A stretch of 60,578 nt of DNA, filler included. It is 4 parts of 4 records of this genome, joined end to end, with 100 filler letters (N's around TTAATTAATTAA, not from the genome) between each part and the next. Parts side by side here need not be neighbours in the genome. Positions count along the whole stretch, not along the records: positions 1 to 31,060 come from SRR20825006_890; 3 more parts are not named here. One strand, given 5' to 3'. The position numbers were made by a program, and so were the translations under genes. This document shows positions 19,251 to 29,376 of the stretch, in pieces (the stretch's first letter is position 1; every line of letters starts with the position of its first letter). The notes under the pieces are model-generated. The model saw only the letters and a program-made list of their open reading frames with translations, had not been told where the DNA came from and searched no databases.

Positions 19251-21230
19251 ATGTCTGACCAGATTTCCCTTGTTTTCCCCGATGGCTCGAAACGCGATTA
19301 CGCAATCGGTACGACCGGCCGAGACGTTGCTGAGTCGATTTCCAAATCGCTGGCCAAGAAAGCGGTCGCGATTGCGCTTAACGGCGAGTTGCGCGATCTC
19401 GCAGATCCGGTCGAAAACGGCCAGATCGAGATCGTGACGCGGTCGGATGACCGTGCGCTGGAACTTATTCGCCACGATGCAGCGCATGTGATGGCCGAAG
19501 CCGTGCAGGAGCTTTGGCCCGGCACACAGGTCACGATCGGCCCGGTGATCGAAAACGGGTTTTATTATGATTTTGCCCGCGAGGTTCCCTTCACACCTGA
19601 AGATCTTCCGAAGATCGAAAAAAAGATGAAGGAGATCATCAAGCGCAATGCTCCGTTCACCAAAGAAGTCTGGTCGCGCGACAAGGCCAGGCAGGTTTTT
19701 GCCGAGAAGGGCGAGGCCTACAAGGTTGAATTGATCGATGCTATTCCGGCTGATCAGGATTTGAAAATCTATTATCAGGGTGACTGGTTCGACCTTTGCC
19801 GTGGTCCGCACATGACCTCGACCGGGCAGATTGGCGATGCATTCAAACTGATGAAAGTTGCCGGTGCCTACTGGCGCGGTGATAGCAACAATCCGATGCT
19901 GACCCGCATTTACGGCACGGCCTGGGCCGACAAGAAGCAGCTTGATGCCTATCTGCATTTTCTGGAGGAAGCAGAAAAGCGCGATCATCGCCGTCTTGGT
20001 CGCGAGATGGACCTGTTCCATTTTCAGGAAGAAGGCCCGGGCACGGTCTTCTGGCATTCCAAGGGCTGGCGGATGTTCCAGTCACTGACGTCTTATATGC
20101 GTCGCCGTCTTGAAGGCGATTATGAAGAGGTCAACGCACCGCAGGTTCTCGATACATCGTTGTGGAAGACGTCTGGCCATTGGGAGTGGTATCGCGAAAA
20201 CATGTTCGCGGTGTCCTGTGCCGATGAGGAAGCCGAGGACAAGCGCGTTTTTGCGCTGAAACCGATGAACTGCCCAGGGCATGTGCAACTGTTCAAGCAC
20301 GGGCTGAAATCCTATCGTGAACTGCCTATCCGTTATGCTGAATTCGGCGTCGTTCATCGCTATGAGCCATCGGGTGCCATGCATGGTCTGATGCGTGTGC
20401 GTGGCTTTACGCAGGACGATGCACACGTGTTCTGCACCGAAGAACAGTTGGCCGAAGAATGCCTCAAGATCAATGACCTGATCCTGTCGGTTTACGAAGA
20501 TTTCGGCTTTGGTGAAATCGTCGTCAAGCTTTCCACGCGACCGGAAAAGCGCGTTGGTTCCGATGAAAGCTGGGATCACGCCGAGACGATTATGACTGAG
20601 GTTCTTAAGACCATTGAAGAACAATCCGGTGGACGTATCAAAACCGGTATCCTGCCGGGCGAGGGGGCGTTTTATGGCCCGAAATTCGAGTATACGCTGA
20701 AAGACGCGATCGGCCGTGAATGGCAGTGCGGTACGACACAGGTCGATTTCAACCTACCCGAACGCTTCGGCGCGTTCTATATCGATGCAGCATCGGAGAA
20801 GCGGAAGCCGGTCATGGTTCACCGCGCCATTTGCGGCTCGCTGGAACGCTTCCTCGGTATCCTTATCGAGAATCATGCCGGTCATATGCCGCTCTGGTTT
20901 GCGCCATTGCAGGTGGTTGTTGCCACAATCACCACCGAGGCCGATGATTACGGTCGCAAGGTTGCGAAAAAGCTGAGGGCCGCCGGTCTCTCCGTTGAAA
21001 CCGATTTCCGCAACGAGAAGATCAACTACAAGGTTCGTGAACATTCGGTTGGCAAGGTGCCGGTCATCCTGGTTTGCGGAATGCGTGAGGCGGAAGAGGA
21101 GACGGTCAATATCCGTCGTCTGGGTTCGCGTGATCAGGTTTCGATGTCTCTGAATGAGGCGCTGGCAATGCTGGTAGACGAGGCCACGCCACCGGACATG
21201 AAGCGCATGCTGGCTGAAGCCGCTGAGTAA
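19251..21230 (+). CDS. thrS: Threonine--tRNA ligase
   Basis: TGS domain, [32 protein letters not shown] and [11 protein letters not shown]. Confidence 0.98.
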   Translation: MSDQISLVFPDGSKRDYAIGTTGRDVAESISKSLAKKAVAIALNGELRDLADPVENGQIEIVTRSDDRALELIRHDAAHVMAEAVQELWPGTQVTIGPVIENGFYYDFAREVPFTPEDLPKIEKKMKEIIKRNAPFTKEVWSRDKARQVFAEKGEAYKVELIDAIPADQDLKIYYQGDWFDLCRGPHMTSTGQIGDAFKLMKVAGAYWRGDSNNPMLTRIYGTAWADKKQLDAYLHFLEEAEKRDHRRLGREMDLFHFQEEGPGTVFWHSKGWRMFQSLTSYMRRRLEGDYEEVNAPQVLDTSLWKTSGHWEWYRENMFAVSCADEEAEDKRVFALKPMNCPGHVQLFKHGLKSYRELPIRYAEFGVVHRYEPSGAMHGLMRVRGFTQDDAHVFCTEEQLAEECLKINDLILSVYEDFGFGEIVVKLSTRPEKRVGSDESWDHAETIMTEVLKTIEEQSGGRIKTGILPGEGAFYGPKFEYTLKDAIGREWQCGTTQVDFNLPERFGAFYIDAASEKRKPVMVHRAICGSLERFLGILIENHAGHMPLWFAPLQVVVATITTEADDYGRKVAKKLRAAGLSVETDFRNEKINYKVREHSVGKVPVILVCGMREAEEETVNIRRLGSRDQVSMSLNEALAMLVDEATPPDMKRMLAEAAE

Positions 21231-21237
21231 CGGTGAG

Positions 21238-21270
21238 AGGGCGGCGCGATAAAAGGTGCCGCCCTTTTTC
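21238..21270 (+). terminator. thrS terminator (possibly bidirectional)
   Basis: AGGGCGGCGC...GTGCCGCCCT followed by TTTTC, right after the stop codon. Confidence 0.6.
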
Positions 21271-21273
21271 ATG

Positions 21274-22077
21274 TCAGAGAAATTCAACCATCTGTTTGCT
21301 GTGGCCCGAAAAACGGTTTCTGAGTCGCATGGAATAGAACCGGGACCGGTCAGTGATGCGGAAGGCTATCCGCTCTAGGGGCGAGGTGCCGTATGAGCGG
21401 TGGAAGGTGCCGACGGGAATATCGCTTTCGAATTGCCTTGCCCCCGCTTCCGGTGACACCAGCCCGTCCTGAACGCACAGCGCTGGTGTCATCTGGTAGA
21501 CGGTGAGGTTGAGATGTTCCCGGCGTCGGGGATTGAAGATCAGCGAGTCGACTCCGACCGCGATGCGCTCGCCGGTGGGGATGAGTTTTTCGGCACCAGC
21601 GCGGCTGAGTGCGTAGCCCGCGGCCCCCAGATGGTTGCCGACGAGGCGGTGGACCTTGCGACCGGCGATGCTTGCAAAAACCTTCGGGCAGAGTTCCACG
21701 GCCTTGAGGTGTGTCTCCAGTTTCACGACGTCGGCATTCGGTGGAAACCAGTCGGCGGCATGATTGAAGACGGATTTGAGGTCGTTGGCAAGGTGGGCAT
21801 CGTCCTCGAAGAAGGCGGCTGTTTCCGCGTCCGTATCGAGAAAACGCCTCCATGCCTCGACATGACTGAGATAACAGGCAATTTGCGCCGCGCTCAGCTT
21901 CTGGCTGCCGGCAACGGGATAGGCACTGAGCGTGCTTACGACTTCGGGTGGCAGGGTCCTGCCGTCAACCGCCGGTATTCGCTCGAATGCGACGGCGTTG
22001 CGTGCGAATTGTTCGGCCATGTGATCAAGCCTGTCAGGGCGTCGATCAAGATTTACAAGGTAGACACGCACAAACAT
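21274..22077 (-). CDS. Glycosyltransferase family 25 (LPS/LOS biosynthesis, Lex2B-like)
   Basis: YLVNLDRRPDR, RIPAVDG, IACYLSH, FEDDA and GAAGYALS motifs. Confidence 0.9.
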   Translation of the reverse strand: MFVRVYLVNLDRRPDRLDHMAEQFARNAVAFERIPAVDGRTLPPEVVSTLSAYPVAGSQKLSAAQIACYLSHVEAWRRFLDTDAETAAFFEDDAHLANDLKSVFNHAADWFPPNADVVKLETHLKAVELCPKVFASIAGRKVHRLVGNHLGAAGYALSRAGAEKLIPTGERIAVGVDSLIFNPRRREHLNLTVYQMTPALCVQDGLVSPEAGARQFESDIPVGTFHRSYGTSPLERIAFRITDRSRFYSMRLRNRFSGHSKQMVEFL

Positions 22078-22147
22078 CTCCTGGTTCTCATCTGCTCCGG
22101 TATAAGTTGTGTCTATCTGATAATGCTACTTTATGGCGAGAATATCT

Positions 22148-22353
22148 CCAATCGATGTTGTTTGCCTGAATATCCGCCTCATCTTTGTCGACCAGGAGTT
22201 CGACATGAGAGAGGAGGTGAAGCTTTTCGCGCAGATCTCCTGCTTGTTGCGGACAACAACGGTATAATTGCCCTTTGCGGGGATCATGGTTGGAGAGGCG
22301 CTGCTGCGTTCGATCAGTACACCATCGGAGGCGCCGAGCACGGTTCATGCAGT
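22148..22353 (-). pseudogene. Decayed copy of the 3' end of the hypothetical gene at 22693-23634
   Basis: Translates as TA*TVLGASDGVLIERSSASPTMIPAKGNYTVVVRNKQEICAKSFT/(frameshift)/VELLVDKDEADIQANNID versus intact TAWTVLGASGDMLLESKVASPSMILAEGNYTAIARNQQDVYEKSFT...IELLLKLDKATMDETAVD*. Trp codon has become TGA; net 13-nt deletion. Confidence 0.8.
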
Positions 22354-22401
22354 ACGCCGCCGGACACGTAGCGCGTGCTGGCTGAGGAGGGGTTGACTAG
22401 C

Positions 22402-22465
22402 GCATCGGCCCGAAAATCGGAAACGATTTTCGGAAAGAACGTTGCGTAGATTCAATAGGTTAGAG
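22402..22465. repeat. Rhizobiales RIME-like repeat, truncated second copy
   Basis: GCATCGGCCCGAAAATCGGAAACGATTTTCGGAAAGAACGTTGCGTAGATTCAATAGGTTAGAG is nearly identical to 9041-9104 but lacks the terminal hairpin. Confidence 0.75.
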
Positions 22466-22692
22466 AAGTTTCTGATTAAATGAATGCCGGTTCATCGCCC
22501 GGAATTGCTTCAAAACGATGTGATAGAGAGGAGCCGGGGGCATGCGTCTGAAAGCGTTTGGCCATCCACTGCAGCCAGACGTGTGAAATTCAGTTCCTCT
22601 CGGCAAAGCAGGTCGCTGACATGGTGCAGACGGTCACGACGGCGTGCCAAATAGATACCATAGACCTGTACTGCAATGTTCAAGATTGGATA

Positions 22693-23634
22693 TCAATCCA
22701 CGGCTGTTTCATCCATGGTTGCCTTGTCAAGCTTCAGCAACAGCTCGATCGTCTGCTCCGGGCCGGGTGCCACGGTGAAAGACTTCTCGTAAACATCCTG
22801 CTGATTACGTGCGATGGCTGTGTAATTGCCTTCTGCCAATATCATGGAAGGAGATGCGACTTTGCTTTCCAGCAACATATCGCCGGAAGCGCCAAGCACG
22901 GTCCATGCGGTATCAGCAATGGCTTCACTTCCCTTTTGGGCAGCCAGTTTCAGGGTCACGAGAGCTGCTCTCTGCTTAAGTGTCGCATCTATGATTTTGC
23001 CGGCTTCGACATTCAGACGGGCTTGAGATTCGGCATTCAGCTTGCCGTAAGTGGAAACGATGTCGTAGGAGCCCGCCCTCAGACGTATGATGGTATCAGG
23101 CTTGATACCGTCGATTACGAGGTTCCGCTTCCCGCCTTCACCGCTATAAACTGCAAAGCGCAGTTTTTCGGGATCAGTAGGCCGATCATCGCCGAGCGTT
23201 GCGTGGAGAACAAGACCACCGGCGTTAAGATCGAACGTCAGCTTTTCTGTTTCGTCGGTACCTCGAAGGGAAACCTTGCGTGTGGCAGACGCATGACCGA
23301 AGGCGCAGTTCACGAAGTAATTGCCTTCCGGAAGGTTGAGCGTCTGGGAACCGCCTTCTGCGGAAGCAACCAGTTTCAGCTGTCCGTCTGCGCCTGGAAT
23401 CGTTTCGAAAACACGCCATACCAGGCCATCTTCCACCGGAGCGCCATCTTTGGTCAGGCTGGCCTCCAGATTAACGGCGATGTTTTCTCCGGTTGCGCCA
23501 GGCATCTGGGCAAAGGGAGAGCCGGTCTGGGCCACTGCCGTAGTCAAAAGGGGCCCTGCGATCAATGATGCTGCCAGAAGCAGGTTGAGCACACATCTTA
23601 AGGGAAAGCGTAGGGACGCTGAATAATGTGACAT
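22693..23634 (-). CDS. Conserved exported hypothetical protein of Rhizobiales (beta-sandwich-like repeats)
   Basis: Signal-peptide-like N-terminus ending AVA; GLVWRVF and three internal repeats (LPEGNY / LRAGSY / LAEGNY). Start 23634 or 23664. Confidence 0.75.
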   Translation of the reverse strand: MSHYSASLRFPLRCVLNLLLAASLIAGPLLTTAVAQTGSPFAQMPGATGENIAVNLEASLTKDGAPVEDGLVWRVFETIPGADGQLKLVASAEGGSQTLNLPEGNYFVNCAFGHASATRKVSLRGTDETEKLTFDLNAGGLVLHATLGDDRPTDPEKLRFAVYSGEGGKRNLVIDGIKPDTIIRLRAGSYDIVSTYGKLNAESQARLNVEAGKIIDATLKQRAALVTLKLAAQKGSEAIADTAWTVLGASGDMLLESKVASPSMILAEGNYTAIARNQQDVYEKSFTVAPGPEQTIELLLKLDKATMDETAVD

Positions 23635-23793
23635 TCTTCTCGCCGGTTGACTTGGCTGCTGCAAGCGTTCACTTCAGATCAAACGATGCTCGCCTGACCC
23701 GACGCGAAAAGCTGTCAGAGATGCGGCGACCTGTCGATGTACTGACCTGAATTTCGTGGCATTTTCAAGAGTGCCGGACGGTAAAATAAGTTT

Positions 23794-24390
23794 ATGAGGT
23801 TTGTCTTGAACTCTAAAAATTCAGAATTGATTTCTTTCCTGAAAACGCGTCGTTCCACACCTGTGCTTCAACTCGATGAACCGGGCCCGAACCGGCAAGA
23901 GATTGAAGCCATGCTGACAATTGCATCGCGTGTACCGGACCACGGCAAACTCGCTCCCTGGCGCTTTATCGTCTATGCAGGCGCAGAGCGCAAACGGATC
24001 GGTGATGCACTTGCTGAAATCATGAAGGCCGATGACCCCCATGCCTCGCAGGAGCGGATGGAAATGGAGCGTAGTCGCTTCACGCGCGCGCCACTGGTGA
24101 TCGGTGTTGTCAGCCGTGCGGGTGTGCATCCGAAAATCCCGGAATGGGAACAGATCATGTCTGCAGGTGCAGCGTGTTACAACCTTGTCCTGGCGGCCAA
24201 TGCTTACGGATACGGCGCGAACTGGCTTTCAGAATGGTATGCTTTTGATACGCGCGCATCGCAGACGCTCGGTATTGAAGATAATGAGAAAGTTGCCGGT
24301 TTCGTTCACATCGGAACACGCACGGAAGCTCCGTTTGAGCGCGCGCGCCCTGCACTGGACGATGTTGTGACCTGGCGCGGTGAGCTTTGA
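23794..24390 (+). CDS. Nitroreductase family protein (YdjA-like)
   Basis: TRRS, RVPDHGKLAPWRF, EQIMSAGAAC and WLSEW. The true start may be the TTG at 23806. Confidence 0.9.
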   Translation: MRFVLNSKNSELISFLKTRRSTPVLQLDEPGPNRQEIEAMLTIASRVPDHGKLAPWRFIVYAGAERKRIGDALAEIMKADDPHASQERMEMERSRFTRAPLVIGVVSRAGVHPKIPEWEQIMSAGAACYNLVLAANAYGYGANWLSEWYAFDTRASQTLGIEDNEKVAGFVHIGTRTEAPFERARPALDDVVTWRGEL

Positions 24391-24393
24391 GCC

Positions 24394-24993
24394 ATGTTTT
24401 ATGAAACCGAAAGAAATGAACATGGCCTTCCGCATGATCCGTTCAAGGCCATTGTTGCGCCGCGTCCTATCGGCTGGATCGGAACGCGCAGTTCTGCCGG
24501 TCAAGATAACCTCGGGCCATACTCTTTTTTCAACGCAATCGCAGATCAGCCAAAACTGGTGATGTTTTCATCAAGTGGTGTGAAGGACAGCGTTCGCAAT
24601 ATTGCCGAGACCGGTGTTTTTACTGTCAGCCTTGCCAGCCGCGATCTGGCCGAGCAGATGAATGTCTCTTCAGTATCACTGCCGCCGGAGGAGAGCGAGT
24701 TTGACGCAGCGGGGCTGAAAGCAACGAAAGGGACTCTGGTCGACGCGCCTTACGTCGGGGAAGCCTATGCTGCGCTGGAGTGCCGGCTTACGATGATTAT
24801 GGATCCGCCGATGCTTGATGGATCTGTTTCGGCCAATAAACTCGTTTTCGGTCAGGTTGTGGGAATTCACATTCGTGATGAAGCGCTGACTGACGGGCTT
24901 CTCGATATGCGCAAGGTGCGGCCGCTGGCCCGCATGGGGTATATGGATTACTGCGATGGCGGCCAACCGTTCACCATGTGGCGTCCGGGATGA
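24394..24993 (+). CDS. Flavin reductase family protein (DIM6/NTAB)
   Basis: PHDPFKAIVAPRPIGWI, NLGPYSFFN, KDSVRNI and LARMGY. Confidence 0.9.
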   Translation: MFYETERNEHGLPHDPFKAIVAPRPIGWIGTRSSAGQDNLGPYSFFNAIADQPKLVMFSSSGVKDSVRNIAETGVFTVSLASRDLAEQMNVSSVSLPPEESEFDAAGLKATKGTLVDAPYVGEAYAALECRLTMIMDPPMLDGSVSANKLVFGQVVGIHIRDEALTDGLLDMRKVRPLARMGYMDYCDGGQPFTMWRPG

Positions 24994-25001
24994 AACGATA
25001 A

Positions 25002-25694
25002 TCAGGCCGTTCCAAAGGCCTGTTTGATCATTCCGATATGGTCGGGGCGCGCTGCCAGCTTGCCAGCGAAGCCGTTGCGCGCTGCGCGTTGACAGTCGCT
25101 CTCATAAATGTGTGTGCCTGTTGCGCTACCGGTAAAATCAATCGCCGGCAGGCCCAGGCGCTTCGCCACCAGCATGGTTGCAACCACGCCGTAGCGCATG
25201 GTGTCGCTTGCCTGTTCCGTTTCGGAGCCTTCAAGCGTGATTGCGTCATAACCAAGGGCAATCAGGCGGTCAGGCCGGTTCAGGAACTGGCCGGTATTCA
25301 AAAGCCCACCCGGATTGTCGCCGATCATGGCGATCAAGGTGATTGCCCCTTCCTTCATGTTTTCGCGAGCCTCGACCACACGCAGCAGCGTTTCCGCCAT
25401 TTGTATGCGGGCCGCGTGCTCGACGCCGCGCAGGATGATGCCGTCAGGTGCGGCACGCGCCGCTTCGGTGAAGCCAGCGATATTATAGGCTTCTGATATC
25501 GGGTCGCAGATCAGGAAAATGGGGAGCGATGGAAGCAGGTGTCGCAGGGTTTCAACCTGCGCTGAAAGATTGCCGCAGCCTTTGACCGGCAGACAAAGAC
25601 AATCGGGTTGTGTATCCAGAGGGTCAAGGGGCGGGCGACTGTCAAAAGATGTGCCCAGCATCCAGACTTTCATGTGACGAATGTCCATGCCCAT
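25002..25694 (-). CDS. Divergent HpcH/HpaI aldolase / citrate lyase beta (CitE)-like protein
   Basis: PDGIIL, RLIALGY, GLPAID and ARNGFAGKLA..P resemble the CitE fold; GGAGGAG RBS. Confidence 0.65.
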   Translation of the reverse strand: MGMDIRHMKVWMLGTSFDSRPPLDPLDTQPDCLCLPVKGCGNLSAQVETLRHLLPSLPIFLICDPISEAYNIAGFTEAARAAPDGIILRGVEHAARIQMAETLLRVVEARENMKEGAITLIAMIGDNPGGLLNTGQFLNRPDRLIALGYDAITLEGSETEQASDTMRYGVVATMLVAKRLGLPAIDFTGSATGTHIYESDCQRAARNGFAGKLAARPDHIGMIKQAFGTA

Positions 25695-25904
25695 TCTCCT
25701 CCGGCACCATTCCGGCAGAAACGCCCTTATGGCTTGCCATTGACGATCAGCATGCCCGAGCTGTCGAAGGTTGCAAACAGCTGTCGATGGATTTCCACGC
25801 TTAATATGACAATTTTACGTCGGTTGGGTGGCACTAAACACTGCTCAAAGGAACATCATTGGCACCGACGCCGCAAAGAGCGGCGTCGGCAGAAGTCTTC
25901 ATGA

Positions 25905-26603
25905 CTACTGAAGAACGACGATCTTCGTCGGCAGGTTATCCACGCGGTTGTAAAGATCGATAACGTCCTGGTTCAGCATCCGGATGCATCCCGAAGATAC
26001 AGCCTTGCCGATGGAATTCCATTCCGGGTTGCCGTGAACGCGGTAAAGCGTGTCTTTACCGTTTTCATAGATGTAGAGCGCACGCGCCCCAAGTGGATTC
26101 ATCAGACCGGCTGGCATTCCACCATTTTTCTCAGAGTATTCCTTCAGCTCCGGCTGACGTTCGATCATTTCTTTCGGCGGGAACCACTTCGGCCATTCCT
26201 GCTTCCACTTGATTACGCCATTGCCGCCCCAGGAAAAGCCAGCGCGGCCGATGCCGACACCATACCGCATGGCCTTGCCGTTTTCTTCGATCAGATAGAG
26301 GAAACGGTTCGGCGTATCGACGACGACGGTTCCCGGTGCTTCACCGGTCGGGTCATCAACGCGCTGGCGATAGTACTGAGCATCGATCTGCTGCCACGGC
26401 ACAGCAGGGATCATGTAACCGTTATCTTCCACAGGTCCGTACATCGCGTTCAGCTCAGCTTCGGTATAGGGCGAGCCTGCGACAAGCGGCGCGCCTGACG
26501 GGCTCATGCCATCGCGTGTGCTGACACAGCCAGCCAGCGCTGCTGTCGCGGAAACTGTGCCGAGAAGAAAAGCCCGGCGCGACACCGTTTTATCGATGAT
26601 CAT
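25905..26603 (-). CDS. L,D-transpeptidase (YkuD/ErfK family), Tat lipoprotein
   Basis: SRRAFL Tat motif and LAGC lipobox; NPLGARAL and catalytic HG...SSGCIRM. Confidence 0.92.
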   Translation of the reverse strand: MIIDKTVSRRAFLLGTVSATAALAGCVSTRDGMSPSGAPLVAGSPYTEAELNAMYGPVEDNGYMIPAVPWQQIDAQYYRQRVDDPTGEAPGTVVVDTPNRFLYLIEENGKAMRYGVGIGRAGFSWGGNGVIKWKQEWPKWFPPKEMIERQPELKEYSEKNGGMPAGLMNPLGARALYIYENGKDTLYRVHGNPEWNSIGKAVSSGCIRMLNQDVIDLYNRVDNLPTKIVVLQ

Positions 26604-26871
26604 TAAAGCCTCATATATTTAAGGGTAGAACGAAATTTATAATTGGCTTGTATCCGAGCGGGTTCCCGCGTCAAAGAATTCAATGATCACAAAATCGGGA
26701 AAAGCCAACTTGATGTGCTCAGTGTGACCGATTTCCATCAATTTGTGTTCCCGGATCGCTCTTTCGTTGCAAGCGAAGTGGCCGCAAGTCACGTAGAGAT
26801 TGCTCTTGCACGCGCGTTGCAATAGGTACGGAACGCTTCTTCCAGACACTAAAATCGCACGGGATCGGATT

Positions 26872-27636
26872 ATGGCGAGCGCAGATCGTATCAGGGCCTT
26901 TGTCATCAACGTCGAAAAGAACACCTTCCGGCGTGACCATTTTCTCGCTCAGGCGGATCGGGTGGGAATGCCGGTGGCGGTGTTTTCCGCAATCACGCCT
27001 GATACCCTGGATGAGAGCCTTCTGGCCTATGATGAAATACGCGCCCGCCGCTTTACCGGTCGTCCATTGATGCAGACTGAAAAGGCCTGTGCTGCGAGCC
27101 ACATTACGCTCTGGCAGCAGCTGGAGAATGATCCGGACGCCGATTATTACCTGATCATGGAAGATGACGCCGTTCTGGGTGATGAACTGGCCGGGATACT
27201 GCGGGAAATCGATTTTGATGATATCGGTTTTCTGAAGCTGAGCGGCAAGAAAAAGCGACCTCAAAGAACGGTGCAGCATCTTTCAGGTGGCCGGGAGTGC
27301 GTGCGCTTTGCCTATGGGCCGCTCGATACCGCTGCCTATCTCGTCTCAAAAGACGCTGTCGCCAGACTTTCCAATTACTGTCGCCAGTTGTTCGCACCGA
27401 TCGATATCATGATGGACCGCAGTTATGATCATGGCGTTCCGGTATTTGCTATCTTGCCCTATCCTGTTTTTGCCGATTTTGATGTCGATGAAGACAGCCC
27501 GCTTTCCAGCGATATCGGCACGCGGTACAAATTTGCTGCCGATATCACATTAGCCGAGCGGCTGTATGTGCGTCTGAACCGCATCCACGGCAGTGTGCAG
27601 CGAAATCTGGCGGCGCTCCAGCTGAAGCGTGATTGA
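26872..27636 (+). CDS. Glycosyltransferase family 25
   Basis: FVINV...RR, EKACAASH, IMEDDA, TAAYLVS and PIDIMMD motifs. Start at MASADR. Confidence 0.88.
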   Translation: MASADRIRAFVINVEKNTFRRDHFLAQADRVGMPVAVFSAITPDTLDESLLAYDEIRARRFTGRPLMQTEKACAASHITLWQQLENDPDADYYLIMEDDAVLGDELAGILREIDFDDIGFLKLSGKKKRPQRTVQHLSGGRECVRFAYGPLDTAAYLVSKDAVARLSNYCRQLFAPIDIMMDRSYDHGVPVFAILPYPVFADFDVDEDSPLSSDIGTRYKFAADITLAERLYVRLNRIHGSVQRNLAALQLKRD

Positions 27637-27650
27637 GCGCCCCGTGTCAA

Positions 27651-29357
27651 TTATGGAACTTCGCAGCCCATATCCCTGCCCAGATTGCAGATCGACTTCA
27701 GCCGCTGTGTCATCTCCGGTGTCCAGCCTTGAGGATTGGCGACCGCAACCCAGGCATCGATGTAATCCCGCGCAACATAGTTATGACCGAACCCGGCGGG
27801 CAGCGCCTTGGCGAGCGCCATGTCGAGGGCCAGCTGGAACTGCGTGACCACCGGAATGAAGCGCAGTTGCGGCGAAACGTCCGGTGCCGGCTTCTCCTTC
27901 ATCCACTCCGGCTTGAACCAGAAAGCACCAGGCTCGAAAAATACAATTGGATCAGATGCATATTGAAGAAAATTGATTCTGATCCTGCCCCAGTCGCCGC
28001 CTTCTGATTCCGGTGTGCGGTATTGTGATGAAAAGCGGACGACTTCGTTATTACCGACCTTGGGTAAGACATAAGGCGTGCCTTCATTGCGTGCTGCAAC
28101 GGTCTGCCGCCAGATTTCCGAAGGGAAGGGGGGCCCCGCCCAGAGCGCCCCTGCCACTGGCTGGTTCATCATCTGGAACACATTGAAGGAGTACATTGAA
28201 GACCAGGCGCCAAGGCTGATGCCGTGCATGAAAAGCTCAGGCCGTTCGTTTTCCGGCAGGGTCAGCCAGTAGTCATAAACGGTCTGCATTGTCGCCGTTG
28301 CCTGATCCAGCCCGGTTGCTGTTTCGATGATCAGCGCCAGCGGCGACTGAAGGTAGGAATATTGTACGGCGACAGTAGCGATATCTCCGTTTTCAATGAA
28401 TTCCAGCGTCTCGTGTGCACCCGGATCCAGCCAGCCAGTGCCTGTCGGACTGGCGATGAGCAGAACCTTGCGGTCAAAAGCATCGAGGCGCTTCAGTTCT
28501 TCCAGTGCCACTTGTGCCCGTTCTTTCGGATCGTCATCCTGAGCGCGGCCAACATAAACCCGGATCGGCCGTTTAGCCGGACGTCCGGAAAAGGCTTCTA
28601 TATCCGCGGCTGTATCGGCTCCGGTCACGAAGTTGCGTCCGGGCTGACCCATCGCCTCCCAACTGACCAAGGACTCTGCGCTACCGGGGATGAAGGCATC
28701 CTGAGGTGCTGGCGGCGCCGTTTCAAACAGATCCTGTGCGGTTTCATAAGAATCATCAAGAAACACAACGACTCTCGGTAACACCCAGTCGCGCGAAGCA
28801 ATGAAAACCACACTCAAAACCACGACAAGGCCCAGAACATTGGCGGCGCGGGGTGCAATGATCCGATAAAGACGGCGGCGCAGCATGTCGAATACGCGTT
28901 GAAAACCAAGCCCGATGACGAAGAGAACAGCAAATACGCCAAGTCCGAGAGCCAGAATGCCGATGCTGGCGCCACTGTCCAGCGGCGGCATATCAACGCG
29001 GACGCGCACCGAATTCTGCCACTGCGTCGCCATGGCCAGACAGAAGATCAGAAGAGCTAGCGCGGCGGCCAGGATCACGCTGTGGACCCATAAGGCCAAG
29101 CGGCCATGCGGCTCGGGAATTTCTATTCCGCGCCAGATTGAGACCAGAAAGCGGCCAAGCATATAGCCAAGTGTCATAATCAGACCGGCCAATATGCCCT
29201 GTAGGATCCACCCACGCGGAATCAGGGATGGCGTCAGCGATGCCGCAAAGAAAACCAGGGCAAGAGACAACGCGAAAAAGCTGAAACGGTATCGCTGGTT
29301 CCGGCGGAGCTCTGGCATGGTTAAATCCAATCTGTCGGTTCGTTCCGGTAATGTCAT
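27651..29357 (-). CDS. Membrane alpha/beta-hydrolase (Abhydrolase_9 / DUF2319 family)
   Basis: N-terminal TM domain with SLTPSLIPR; PIRVYVG, PTGTGW, QYSYLQS, GISLG nucleophile, ASDPI and FGHNY. Start at MTLPER (29357). Confidence 0.85.
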   Translation of the reverse strand: MTLPERTDRLDLTMPELRRNQRYRFSFFALSLALVFFAASLTPSLIPRGWILQGILAGLIMTLGYMLGRFLVSIWRGIEIPEPHGRLALWVHSVILAAALALLIFCLAMATQWQNSVRVRVDMPPLDSGASIGILALGLGVFAVLFVIGLGFQRVFDMLRRRLYRIIAPRAANVLGLVVVLSVVFIASRDWVLPRVVVFLDDSYETAQDLFETAPPAPQDAFIPGSAESLVSWEAMGQPGRNFVTGADTAADIEAFSGRPAKRPIRVYVGRAQDDDPKERAQVALEELKRLDAFDRKVLLIASPTGTGWLDPGAHETLEFIENGDIATVAVQYSYLQSPLALIIETATGLDQATATMQTVYDYWLTLPENERPELFMHGISLGAWSSMYSFNVFQMMNQPVAGALWAGPPFPSEIWRQTVAARNEGTPYVLPKVGNNEVVRFSSQYRTPESEGGDWGRIRINFLQYASDPIVFFEPGAFWFKPEWMKEKPAPDVSPQLRFIPVVTQFQLALDMALAKALPAGFGHNYVARDYIDAWVAVANPQGWTPEMTQRLKSICNLGRDMGCEVP

Positions 29358-29376
29358 GTTTGACGAAGCAGGTGGA

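Noticed and set aside
18100..20057. 350-aa and 287-aa minus-strand ORFs
   Set aside because: Antisense to the membrane protein and thrS; no domain signatures.
22088..22348. 86-aa and 71-aa minus-strand ORFs as independent small genes
   Set aside because: They are the two reading frames of the frameshifted gene remnant.
21514..22371. 285-aa plus-strand ORF
   Set aside because: Antisense to GT25 and the pseudogene remnant; not a plausible protein.
22558..23568. 336-aa plus-strand ORF
   Set aside because: Antisense shadow of the conserved exported protein; no recognisable motifs, Cys/His-rich composition typical of non-coding frames.
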